Assembly: GCA_038129245.1 (NCBI GenBank)
Contig: JAYPLE010000010.1
Span: 1,521-65,520 of the forward strand
Direction: 5' to 3'
Length of the DNA: 64,000 nt
From: Flammeovirgaceae bacterium
Lineage (GTDB): Bacteria > Bacteroidota > Bacteroidia > Cytophagales > Cyclobacteriaceae
Below, piece by piece: positions 45,001 through 53,699 of the stretch. The stretch's first letter is position 1; each line of letters starts with the position of its first letter. The position numbers were made by a program, and so were the translations under genes. Below the pieces are notes generated by a model. That model was not told the origin of the DNA and did no database searches. It was given only the letters and a program-made list of their open reading frames with translations.

Positions 45001-47922
45001 TTAAAATCCGACAGAAAAAAGTAAAAACTCCAGTGCAAATTGATTTCTTGCTAGTTCTTGATTGATTGGATAAGAAATACGAATGCCTGAATTAAGGTCT
45101 AGAACGCGCAGGAATCTAAAATCAATGGTTATCTCAGTTCCTACGGATGATAGCTCAACTGAGTTGGTTTTAGTAAAGCCATTTTGAAGGTTGATCGTAA
45201 TGTTTCCATCCTGTGCAAATTCGGTGAGCTTAGCTCCGTTGGTTGTTGCCTGTCCTAAATCATAGAATAAGTTTGCATTGATACGCTTTATGAAAAATAT
45301 AGGTCCAATTGGTAGATCTGGATAGCAAATAGGAAACTCGTAATTGAATGCCGTATTGATAAAGCGATCGTGAGGAATTAAATTATATCCCCGAGTGTAG
45401 AATAAGTTATCTCTGAATTTATAATTAGCTAAATAATCCTCATTTTTAATGCTTTGAGAAATATTTAAACTATGGTTTTTGCTGATTCCGGGAAGAAATA
45501 ATCGGCTATTAAACAGGAAGTATTGAGTCTTGTTTCTTATGGTACCAATCGTTGCATTGTATGCTAGTTCTGTACTTATGCCAAAACGTGAATTGAGATG
45601 TTGAAGTGCTCTTCTTTTTAGAAAATAAGCTGAAAGGTCAAATGAATAAGAGTGAAATATTTCATCTGTCCCTGTGGTGTTTTCTTTTTGATCGAATATC
45701 ACACGTTTTCTATGCATTGCTTGTGTGATTCTCACAGTTGAAAAATAGTTGTTCCAAGTTGTATTTAATGGAAGTGTAATCCCAACGTTCAAATCTTCTT
45801 CATTCCAACCTTGGTTGTTTATGTTTAGCAGTAAGTTTTCTTCTTCTTGGGATAAGACGGGTACATATCTGCTGCGATTACCCTTGGATATATTTACTTC
45901 CAAAGCCGGAAAAAATCGACCGTAAGTAGCAGACATACTATACGTGCTAGTCTTTTCATTTGTATTATATGAATAGTTAAAATCTCCGGAGAAAGTAGAT
46001 AGCAGGTTGTCAGATTCGAGAGTCAAATTCAGGTTGGGAGGGAGAAAGAAGGGAGTCCAACTATGCACATTTACTAAGCCTTTAGATTGGTTGAATTTCT
46101 TCGATTCAAATGCCGTCTGTTCTAGAGCTAATAAAGCTGGCGAAGTAACCGCAGGCTCGTAGAAGTTTGCTTTATTTTCGATAGAATCAAATGCTATTGG
46201 CTTGGGTAATAACTCGAACGCTTTAATTCCATAACCATCATTGGAATAATCTGAGACATATAGCTTTTGATCTACGATTAAAGGTTGAACTGCTCCAAAC
46301 CTACTATTGGTCACTACCTCAAGTTGCTGCTTTTCTATATCCCATCTATATATGTTGTCTATTCCAGAAAAATTTGCGTTAAAGTAGATGTATGCTCCTT
46401 TTACTGCAGGATATGCCATGACTCCGTTCCAACCTGGACTTATCTGTATTACGTCTCCAGTAGAAATATTGGCAAAAGCCAATGCATTTTTCGTTGCCTT
46501 TTGCAAGATGAAAAAGATTTTTTCTTGGTCAGCCCAGATAGGGAAAGCGGCCCGATCTCCATTTGAAAATTGATAAGAGAACTCTTCTTCTTTTGTGACG
46601 CTGTTTAACACTACAAGCTTTTCCTCTTGGGACTTTGTTATGTGGACAGCTGCTATTTTGTCTCCGGTTTTATTTATCGCTGGAGTGAAGTAGCGAGATT
46701 TTTCAGTAATTCTGACTAATTGTTCATTGATAAGGTCATATCCCCATATCTCTGAAAAATCAAGATTACCCCATCGATGATGAAAGCCGGTTTGAGACCA
46801 AACTAGAAACTTTCCATTGGTTGATAAAGTAGCATTGGGTCTAGGAATGAAACCGGGCTCCACCAGCTTACTCTCTTTTCCGGTATTAAGATCTATCAGA
46901 ACTATGTGCGGGATATCTCGAAACCCAGCTTTGTAGGCGATCAATGTACTGTCATTAAGCAATGTGGAATTGGTATAATGTGTGAAGGCTTTCTTTGCTT
47001 TGGACAGCACTGGTTTTCCGGCTATAGGGTTGCGTAGGCTATCTTCAACGCTCCATTTCGTATATAATTCATGAGTTAATTTTTTGTAGTATTTCGGAGT
47101 GCGGTATCCCGTAAGCTTCTTTAATCTCATGCTAAATGGAAAGAATATAGAATTGTAGCCTACAGCTTTATCTACTACTTCTCGTACTACACTGTCACCA
47201 AAATCTCTTCTCATACCAGTGACCATGTAGTAACCAAGATTATAATGATTGGGAATGAGTCTTTTTAGGGAGGTTGCGGATGCTAATTCATATTTTGGTA
47301 TTTTTTTTCCTGAAAGTAAAAGTGCTTTTTGCTGGTTTTCGAAATTCGCCATTCTACCTCTACCTCCAGCGGTAAGTGCTGTTTCATAGAAGACTGCGTC
47401 GCCCTCAAAGAACCACCTGGGCAGTGCCAATCCTGCGGTTGCTCCCCAGCCATTTTGTCCAAATAGAAGTGATCCAATTTTCGTGATACTTCTCTTGGCG
47501 TTTACAAATTGTTCAACGTGTCTGTATTCATGAATAGTGAGACCTGTTAACCAGTTTACATTACCTAAGAAGTTGTATTGTGGAGGAGTCATATAGAACT
47601 CCGACCGGAAGGGGCCGACAGAAACAAAGCCGTTACTGACTGTATTTTGGTTTTGAAGAATGATGGATACCTTTTCTTTTTTTGGCCCCAGGGAGTAATA
47701 ATTTGAGTCCCAGAGGTGATGGACCAAGTTTGTGACATACTGCCCCTGTTTTTCTAAAGACTCCGGATAGATTACATTGACGCGTTTCGTTTCTATCGAC
47801 TTCCACTTTAAGCGCGGTGGATTCAGTCCTAAAGGGTAGGACTGACCCGCTAGGAATATAGGAAAAGACAAAAAAAGAAAAAGGAAGGTACTAAAACCTC
47901 CTCGCAAGTAGGACGCCTCCAT
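45001..47922 (-). CDS. large outer-membrane protein: HExxH-containing N-terminal domain, propeller-like middle, Omp85-like C-terminal barrel
   Basis: Signal peptide after ATG 47922 (MEASYLRGGFSTFLFLFLSFPIFLAGQ). TIHEYRHVEQ is an HExxH motif. The C-terminus YTRGYN...FNYEFPI...ANLFYDLGQA resembles the Omp85 barrel end motifs, and the terminal residue is Phe. ORF-track start 48051 rejected. Confidence 0.6.
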   Translation of the reverse strand: MEASYLRGGFSTFLFLFLSFPIFLAGQSYPLGLNPPRLKWKSIETKRVNVIYPESLEKQGQYVTNLVHHLWDSNYYSLGPKKEKVSIILQNQNTVSNGFVSVGPFRSEFYMTPPQYNFLGNVNWLTGLTIHEYRHVEQFVNAKRSITKIGSLLFGQNGWGATAGLALPRWFFEGDAVFYETALTAGGRGRMANFENQQKALLLSGKKIPKYELASATSLKRLIPNHYNLGYYMVTGMRRDFGDSVVREVVDKAVGYNSIFFPFSMRLKKLTGYRTPKYYKKLTHELYTKWSVEDSLRNPIAGKPVLSKAKKAFTHYTNSTLLNDSTLIAYKAGFRDIPHIVLIDLNTGKESKLVEPGFIPRPNATLSTNGKFLVWSQTGFHHRWGNLDFSEIWGYDLINEQLVRITEKSRYFTPAINKTGDKIAAVHITKSQEEKLVVLNSVTKEEEFSYQFSNGDRAAFPIWADQEKIFFILQKATKNALAFANISTGDVIQISPGWNGVMAYPAVKGAYIYFNANFSGIDNIYRWDIEKQQLEVVTNSRFGAVQPLIVDQKLYVSDYSNDGYGIKAFELLPKPIAFDSIENKANFYEPAVTSPALLALEQTAFESKKFNQSKGLVNVHSWTPFFLPPNLNLTLESDNLLSTFSGDFNYSYNTNEKTSTYSMSATYGRFFPALEVNISKGNRSRYVPVLSQEEENLLLNINNQGWNEEDLNVGITLPLNTTWNNYFSTVRITQAMHRKRVIFDQKENTTGTDEIFHSYSFDLSAYFLKRRALQHLNSRFGISTELAYNATIGTIRNKTQYFLFNSRLFLPGISKNHSLNISQSIKNEDYLANYKFRDNLFYTRGYNLIPHDRFINTAFNYEFPICYPDLPIGPIFFIKRINANLFYDLGQATTNGAKLTEFAQDGNITINLQNGFTKTNSVELSSVGTEITIDFRFLRVLDLNSGIRISYPINQELARNQFALEFLLFSVGF

Positions 47923-48838
47923 ATTGATGATTGGTTGCTTCTGTTGTTTCTTTCGATCGACGATAATACCTAAAAGTGAAATCAAAGCCTTTCCAGCCAA
48001 ATAAAAAACCAACTTGATGTTGTAATATCCAGTCGACCGGCGTTTCAACATGAGGGGATTTCTTCCCGATTAGATTTCCTTCAATTGTGCTATTGTATAT
48101 GTTATACTCAGTTGATAAACCATAAAAGAATACGAATTCATCTGTAATATCACTTTTACTTGTAGTCTTCTGAGTTCCTAATTGACCATTGCATTGTATA
48201 CTTCTGAGAAGTGGTAGAAGTTTCCCCATTCTAACAATCATTTCTTGCCGAACAAAATTAAATGCAGTGCCAAGGGATACGTTAGAATCACTTAAAAGCT
48301 CTACTACCTCATTTCCAGCTAGTTTAGCAGTTAATGTCCCGTGGTAGTTGATAATAGGGCTATCGCGAATTTCAAAATCCCAACCTCTGGGCTCTATCAA
48401 CCCTAAAAAATTGTGCCAATTTACATGTATATCGCCTGTCAGTGTTTTGGGGCCCATCCAGCCGATTTCAAGCTGGTGTTGAAGTACTTGATTTCTACGA
48501 TATCGGCTATTTTTTATCTGAAAGGAAAGATGACCAGCATATGGTCTATCAAAGTCATTTACGTCATTTAAGGATACAAACTGGGGAGTGAACATTCTTT
48601 GAACAAGCGATGCAGATCGAATTACCTTCAGATCTTCGTGATCTTGCTTCAACCAACTGTATGTCCCAAATAGTCCGCTTGAATAATATTGATCCCTGTA
48701 CAATGAAGTGAAGACATCATTTTCCACAAGTACTGCTACTTGATGCGTATAGTTTTCTTCTTGCAGATCTTGTGAGAAAAGGGAGAATCCACTAATGAAT
48801 AATAGAATACAAAAATAGTGCTGTAGCATTTGCTTCAA
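47891..48838 (-). CDS. LpxR-family (DUF2219) lipid A deacylase-like outer-membrane protein
   Basis: Signal peptide. VLVENDVFTSLYRDQYYSSGLF parallels the (V/E)ND..x..D..YTNG N-terminal motif of LpxR-family barrels. Terminal Phe. Confidence 0.6.
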   Translation of the reverse strand: MKQMLQHYFCILLFISGFSLFSQDLQEENYTHQVAVLVENDVFTSLYRDQYYSSGLFGTYSWLKQDHEDLKVIRSASLVQRMFTPQFVSLNDVNDFDRPYAGHLSFQIKNSRYRRNQVLQHQLEIGWMGPKTLTGDIHVNWHNFLGLIEPRGWDFEIRDSPIINYHGTLTAKLAGNEVVELLSDSNVSLGTAFNFVRQEMIVRMGKLLPLLRSIQCNGQLGTQKTTSKSDITDEFVFFYGLSTEYNIYNSTIEGNLIGKKSPHVETPVDWILQHQVGFLFGWKGFDFTFRYYRRSKETTEATNHQYGGVLLARRF

Positions 48839-48882
48839 AGATATGCACCGGTACCTAACTTAGAGCTAAGTAATTTTGTCGA

Positions 48883-50004
48883 GTGAAAGATATAAATCAA
48901 CCAATACCTCCCTCAATCATTCGTCATTTAGAGAAAAGAAAGTCTACAAATGGCTACCGAACGTTGCAGCAAATGGGTCATCTGATCGACTTTTCGTCAA
49001 ATGATTATCTGGGACTTGCCAGAAATAAAGAACTGTCCCAATACCTTCAGGAGCAACACGGGTTAAAAGATCCACTTTTAGGAGGAACAGGATCTAGGTT
49101 GATTTCAGGAAATCATATCGCATATGACGAATGTGAATCTTACCTAGAAGGAGTATTTGACTCAGAGAAGGTGCTTTTGTACAATTCTGGTTATGCTGCA
49201 AGCCAAGGAGTTGTATCCTGTATACCACAAAGAGGAGATACCATTATTTATGACCAATTTGCTCATGTCTGTCTTAAGGAAGGAGCATGGCTCAGTAAAG
49301 CGACTTCGCTTCCCTTTATGCATAATGATCTTAATGATCTTGAGCGAAAGTTGGAAAAGGCTACTGGTGAAAAATACGTAGTTACCGAAACTATTTTTTC
49401 CATGGATGGAGATGTCGCCCCAATTGAGGAGATCATCACGATTTGTGAACAGCACAAAGCACGGTTGATTGTAGATGAAGCCCACAGTACTGGATTATAT
49501 GGTAAAGATGGGGGAGGTATGCTGGTTGATAAAGGACTGCATGCACATGTCTTAGCACGAATTTATACCTTCGGCAAAGGTATGGGAATGCATGGCGCAG
49601 CAGTAGCAGGGGACACTAAAGTAATAGATTACTTGATTAATTTTAGTCGAACCTTCATTTACACTACCTCCTTACCATCTCAATCTATACGATTCATTAA
49701 GGGTGCTTTTGCTTTTCTACGAAACCATATAGAGCTACAGCAGCAACTAGCAGAAAGAATCACATTATTCAGGAAATTATACAATGATTCCATTAGCGTC
49801 ACAGCAGTACAACCAATTCTGATTTCCGGTAATGATCAGGCCAGAGAAACTGCATTGCTGCTTCAAGATAAAGGTCTGGATGTTCGTGCAATTCTGTCTC
49901 CTACGGTAAAAGCAGGAGAGGAGAGGTTACGCGTTTCATTACATGTTCACAATACCGCAGAGGAGATAAAAGAATTGGTGGATGCACTTCTTTCCATTGC
50001 GTAG
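48883..50004 (+). CDS. bioF: 8-amino-7-oxononanoate synthase
   Basis: 373 aa class-II aminotransferase fold (DFSSNDYLGL, VDEAHSTG, TFGKGMG with the PLP Lys). GTG start. Followed by bioD and bioA. Confidence 0.9.
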   Translation: MKDINQPIPPSIIRHLEKRKSTNGYRTLQQMGHLIDFSSNDYLGLARNKELSQYLQEQHGLKDPLLGGTGSRLISGNHIAYDECESYLEGVFDSEKVLLYNSGYAASQGVVSCIPQRGDTIIYDQFAHVCLKEGAWLSKATSLPFMHNDLNDLERKLEKATGEKYVVTETIFSMDGDVAPIEEIITICEQHKARLIVDEAHSTGLYGKDGGGMLVDKGLHAHVLARIYTFGKGMGMHGAAVAGDTKVIDYLINFSRTFIYTTSLPSQSIRFIKGAFAFLRNHIELQQQLAERITLFRKLYNDSISVTAVQPILISGNDQARETALLLQDKGLDVRAILSPTVKAGEERLRVSLHVHNTAEEIKELVDALLSIA

Positions 50005-50022
50005 TGTCCATAATTTCGTGTC

Positions 50023-50628
50023 ATGGAATTATTTGTGAGTGCGATCGGTACTGATAGTGGGAAGACACTGATTAGCGCAATTTTTGCAGAAGCTTTAGAG
50101 GCTGATTATTGGAAGCCAATACAATCAGGAAACCCACGCGATACCGAGACGGTGCGCTCTTTAGTATCAAACAAGAAGACGCATTTTTGGCAGGAGACTT
50201 ATGTTTTGAATACTCCTGCATCCCCACATGCTAGTGCTAAAATTGATGGAGTTAAAGTAAGCTTGGATTTCATCGAGAAACCGATCACAAATAATCACCT
50301 TATTATTGAAGGTGCTGGTGGTTTGTTAGTGCCCATAAATGACCAAGACTATGTGGTGGATATTGCGATGCGACTTAAGGTGCCGATTATTCTTGTCTGC
50401 AATCTTTATCTCGGTAGTATTAATCATTCACTTTTGTCATTGTGTTACCTTCAACAAAAGGGTATCCAGGTCAGAGGGTTGGTTTTCAATGGTCCTTCAA
50501 ATCCAGAAAGCGAAAGAATAATTGAAGCTAAATCTCCTTGGCCGACCATAATGAAAATTCCTCACTTGGATAATGTTGACACCAGAACAGTATCTAAATA
50601 TGCGATAGAATTAAAGGCTATACTGTGA
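50023..50628 (+). CDS. bioD: dethiobiotin synthase
   Basis: 201 aa. P-loop-like GTDSGKT and IIEGAGGLLVP. Confidence 0.9.
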   Translation: MELFVSAIGTDSGKTLISAIFAEALEADYWKPIQSGNPRDTETVRSLVSNKKTHFWQETYVLNTPASPHASAKIDGVKVSLDFIEKPITNNHLIIEGAGGLLVPINDQDYVVDIAMRLKVPIILVCNLYLGSINHSLLSLCYLQQKGIQVRGLVFNGPSNPESERIIEAKSPWPTIMKIPHLDNVDTRTVSKYAIELKAIL

Positions 50629-51890
50629 CCGAGCTAGAGAGAATAGATAGACAAAATATTTGGCACCCTTTTTCACCCCTGGCAGGAAATAAGCCTATTC
50701 CTGTGGAAAAAGCAAGAGGATGTTATTTGTACACTACTGATGGCAGGAAGATTCTCGATGCTATTTCATCATGGTGGGTGAATATTCATGGTCATGGAAA
50801 TCCTGCCATTGCTCAAGCTATTGCTGATCAAGCACGAGAATTGGAGCAGGTAATCTTTGCTGGGTTTACACATCGACCCGCTGTGCAGCTTTCAGAGTTG
50901 CTTATGCGGATTTTACCAAGCTGCATGGATAAGTTATTTTTCTCCGATAATGGAAGCACTTCTACTGAGGTTGCCATCAAGCTAAGTATTCAGTACTGGT
51001 ACAACAGAGGGGATAGGAAGAGGAAAGTGATTGCCATCGAAGGTGCTTATCATGGGGATACATTCGGTGCAATGTCAGTAGGGGATCGGGGAAGCATTTT
51101 TAATGTGCCGTTTAAGGATTTATTATTTGATGTTGAGTATTTGTCTTTTCCTGATGAAAAAGGAAGTGATGTGATCGCTCAGATGAAGAATTTAGCTACC
51201 GAAGATACTGCTGCGTTTATTTTTGAACCTCTTGTTCAAGGAGCTGCAGGAATGCGTATTTATGAAGCCAGGGTGCTTGATGAATTAATATCCATTGCCA
51301 AGTCACGTGGCATTTTGTGCATTGCAGATGAGGTGATGACTGGTTTTGGTAGAACAGGTAAGAATCTTGCCTGCGATTACCTGGAGCAAGATCCAGATAT
51401 AATTTGCCTTTCAAAAGGAATAACAGGTGGGTTTTTGCCCATGGGGGTTACTGCTGTTTCAAAGCAGATCACTGCCGGTTTTGATTCAACGGATAAGTCC
51501 AAAGCATTTTTTCATGGACATTCTTACACGGCTAACCCATTGGCATGTGCTGCTGCCGTAGCAAGTACAGAGTTGCTATTAACATCAGAAGTGCAGGCTC
51601 AGATCAGCTCTATTAGCAAGAGTCATAAATCATACATCAAACAATTCAGATTTATTGAGAAAGTAGCATCTATCAAAAGTCAAGGAACGATTCTATCAAT
51701 TGAATTGCCTGTAGAGGATAGCGGGTACGTGAGCCATATAAAGGAAAAAATCTATGATTATTTTATGGAGAGAAACTTACTACTGAGGCCGCTGGGAAAT
51801 GTGATATATCTGATACCACCTTATGTAATTACCACAAAGGAGCTGAAAACAATTTATGCTACGATTGATCAGTTTTTATCTGATTTATGA
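50625..51890 (+). CDS. bioA: adenosylmethionine-8-amino-7-oxononanoate aminotransferase
   Basis: 421 aa class-III aminotransferase (HGHGNP, ADEVMTGFGRTG, CLSKGITGG with the PLP Lys). GTGA overlap with bioD. Confidence 0.9.
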   Translation: MTELERIDRQNIWHPFSPLAGNKPIPVEKARGCYLYTTDGRKILDAISSWWVNIHGHGNPAIAQAIADQARELEQVIFAGFTHRPAVQLSELLMRILPSCMDKLFFSDNGSTSTEVAIKLSIQYWYNRGDRKRKVIAIEGAYHGDTFGAMSVGDRGSIFNVPFKDLLFDVEYLSFPDEKGSDVIAQMKNLATEDTAAFIFEPLVQGAAGMRIYEARVLDELISIAKSRGILCIADEVMTGFGRTGKNLACDYLEQDPDIICLSKGITGGFLPMGVTAVSKQITAGFDSTDKSKAFFHGHSYTANPLACAAAVASTELLLTSEVQAQISSISKSHKSYIKQFRFIEKVASIKSQGTILSIELPVEDSGYVSHIKEKIYDYFMERNLLLRPLGNVIYLIPPYVITTKELKTIYATIDQFLSDL

Positions 51891-51911
51891 GCGAATCTTT
51901 TCTTTGATCAA

Positions 51912-52276
51912 TCATATAGTCAGGAAAACCACGGGATCGCCAGCATCAATCAGCATTCGAACAAGATTTTCATTCTCATTAAGGGGATTCAAATTTAAGG
52001 GTCGTATGGTCAATGAAGAGCTTCCGCACCTTTGATGGGATGATTGCACCAAGATCACAGATTCTCTTTCAGCCGTCGGAAAAACTCTCATGTTCTATGC
52101 AGAAATCATTTCCAAATACCTGGAAAGACTAAAAGTAAAGTGCTGATCTAAATTCTGTAATGTATCGGCCGATATGACAAAGATGACTTGTCTATCGGGT
52201 ACATGTGCTCATTAAATACAACGAGTATATTACTTAAGGGTGTTGATTTGTCCCTTTTTAGCAGTAATGTGTCCAC
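51912..52276 (-). pseudogene. possible decayed gene (protein-like frames broken by one frameshift and one in-frame TAG)
   Basis: Minus strand: a GTG-initiated 42-codon frame (52276..52148), then a second frame 52208..51912 that is open except for TAG at 52095-52097. It includes a 59-codon ATG ORF, 52091..51912, ending ..LVRMLIDAGDPVVFLTI. No family recognised. Could also be noise. Confidence 0.3.
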
Positions 52277-52309
52277 TGAAATGCGCGAGAAAGGCAGCTA
52301 ATTTTGACT

Positions 52310-53647
52310 TTAGATTTCTCTATTCATATCAAATTGTTCCAGATAGTCTGCCACACGTCTGACAACCATTCCTCCCAGAGCACCGTCTACTACCCGGTGA
52401 TCGTAGCTATGAGAGAGAAACATCTTATGTCTGATACCTATCATATCACCTTCGAGTGTTTCGATTACTGCCGGCTTCTTCTGAATTGCTCCAAGTGCCA
52501 TGATCGCGACCTGTGGTTGCATTATAATGGGAGTGCCCATCACATTACCGAAAGAACCTACATTAGAAACAGTGAATGTGCCCCCTGATAACTCATCAGG
52601 CTTGAGCTTATTTTCTCTTGCCCTTTTAGCGAGGTCATTTACTGCTTTGGTAATTCCAAGGAGGCTAAGTTGATCTGCGTTTTTGATGACAGGTACAATC
52701 AGATTACCTGAAGGCAGGGCAACAGCCATTCCGATGTTGATGCTACCTTTCTTGATGATTTTGTCCCCATCAACCTGGATATTGATCATGGGATAATCTT
52801 TGATTGCCATAGTCACCGCTTCAATGATGATCGGAGTGAAAGTAAGACTTTGGCCCTCTCTTTCTTTGAATGTTTGCTTCTTTTGATTTCTCCACTTAAC
52901 GATTGGAGTTACATCAGCTTCTACAAAAGAAGTTACGTGAGGTGAAATGGCTTTGGAAGTAACCATACGATCAGCAATCATCTTGCGCATCCGATCCATT
53001 TCGATGATCTCATCTTCAGCGCTTACTAGAACCGGCATTGGCTCCGGCGTTGTTCTTCCCTTTACAGATGAACTAAAGGAGGAAACATTTAGAGCTCCAG
53101 AAGTAGTTGCTTGACTACCACCTTTTTGATCTAGATATGTCAGAAGATCATTTTTTGTAACTCTTCCGTCTTTTCCTGTCCCGAGGAGGCTTTCAAGCTC
53201 CGCTAGACTAATATTTTCTTCTTTTGCAATATTCCTAACTAATGGTGAATAGAACTTTCCGGTACTGCTATTTGCCGGAATTTTTTCTGCAGTATTGGAT
53301 GAGGCTCCATGATCTAACACCACATTTTTAATAGACTCTGAAATAGATGTGACAGCGGCTGTTGCTGCTGGTTCAGGAACATCATCAGTATCAACATCGA
53401 CATCCTCAGTCACTTCAATTATGGCGATGGGTTTCCCTATTTGTACTACGTCACCTTCTTGGGCTAGAACTTCCTTCAAGACTCCGGCGCTAATCGCTGG
53501 TATCTCGGTGTCTACTTTATCAGTGGCAACCTCTAGTATGGATTCATCCTCTTCAATAGTTTCACCTACCTGTTTTAGCCAAGTGAGGATAGTGCCTTCC
53601 ATTACACTTTCCCCCATTTTTGGCATGACCATTTCTACAACTGCCAT
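52310..53647 (-). CDS. 2-oxoacid dehydrogenase E2 component (dihydrolipoamide acyltransferase)
   Basis: N-terminal lipoyl domain (LEVATDKVDTEIPA), Ala/Pro-rich linker, E3-binding segment (SPLVRNIAKEENISL), and a catalytic domain with SHSYDHRVVDGA. Confidence 0.9.
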   Translation of the reverse strand: MAVVEMVMPKMGESVMEGTILTWLKQVGETIEEDESILEVATDKVDTEIPAISAGVLKEVLAQEGDVVQIGKPIAIIEVTEDVDVDTDDVPEPAATAAVTSISESIKNVVLDHGASSNTAEKIPANSSTGKFYSPLVRNIAKEENISLAELESLLGTGKDGRVTKNDLLTYLDQKGGSQATTSGALNVSSFSSSVKGRTTPEPMPVLVSAEDEIIEMDRMRKMIADRMVTSKAISPHVTSFVEADVTPIVKWRNQKKQTFKEREGQSLTFTPIIIEAVTMAIKDYPMINIQVDGDKIIKKGSINIGMAVALPSGNLIVPVIKNADQLSLLGITKAVNDLAKRARENKLKPDELSGGTFTVSNVGSFGNVMGTPIIMQPQVAIMALGAIQKKPAVIETLEGDMIGIRHKMFLSHSYDHRVVDGALGGMVVRRVADYLEQFDMNREI

Positions 53648-53699
53648 ATAATATTTGTTTTTAATACATTTTTGGGTTTTTCAAAGATAGTTTATTTCG

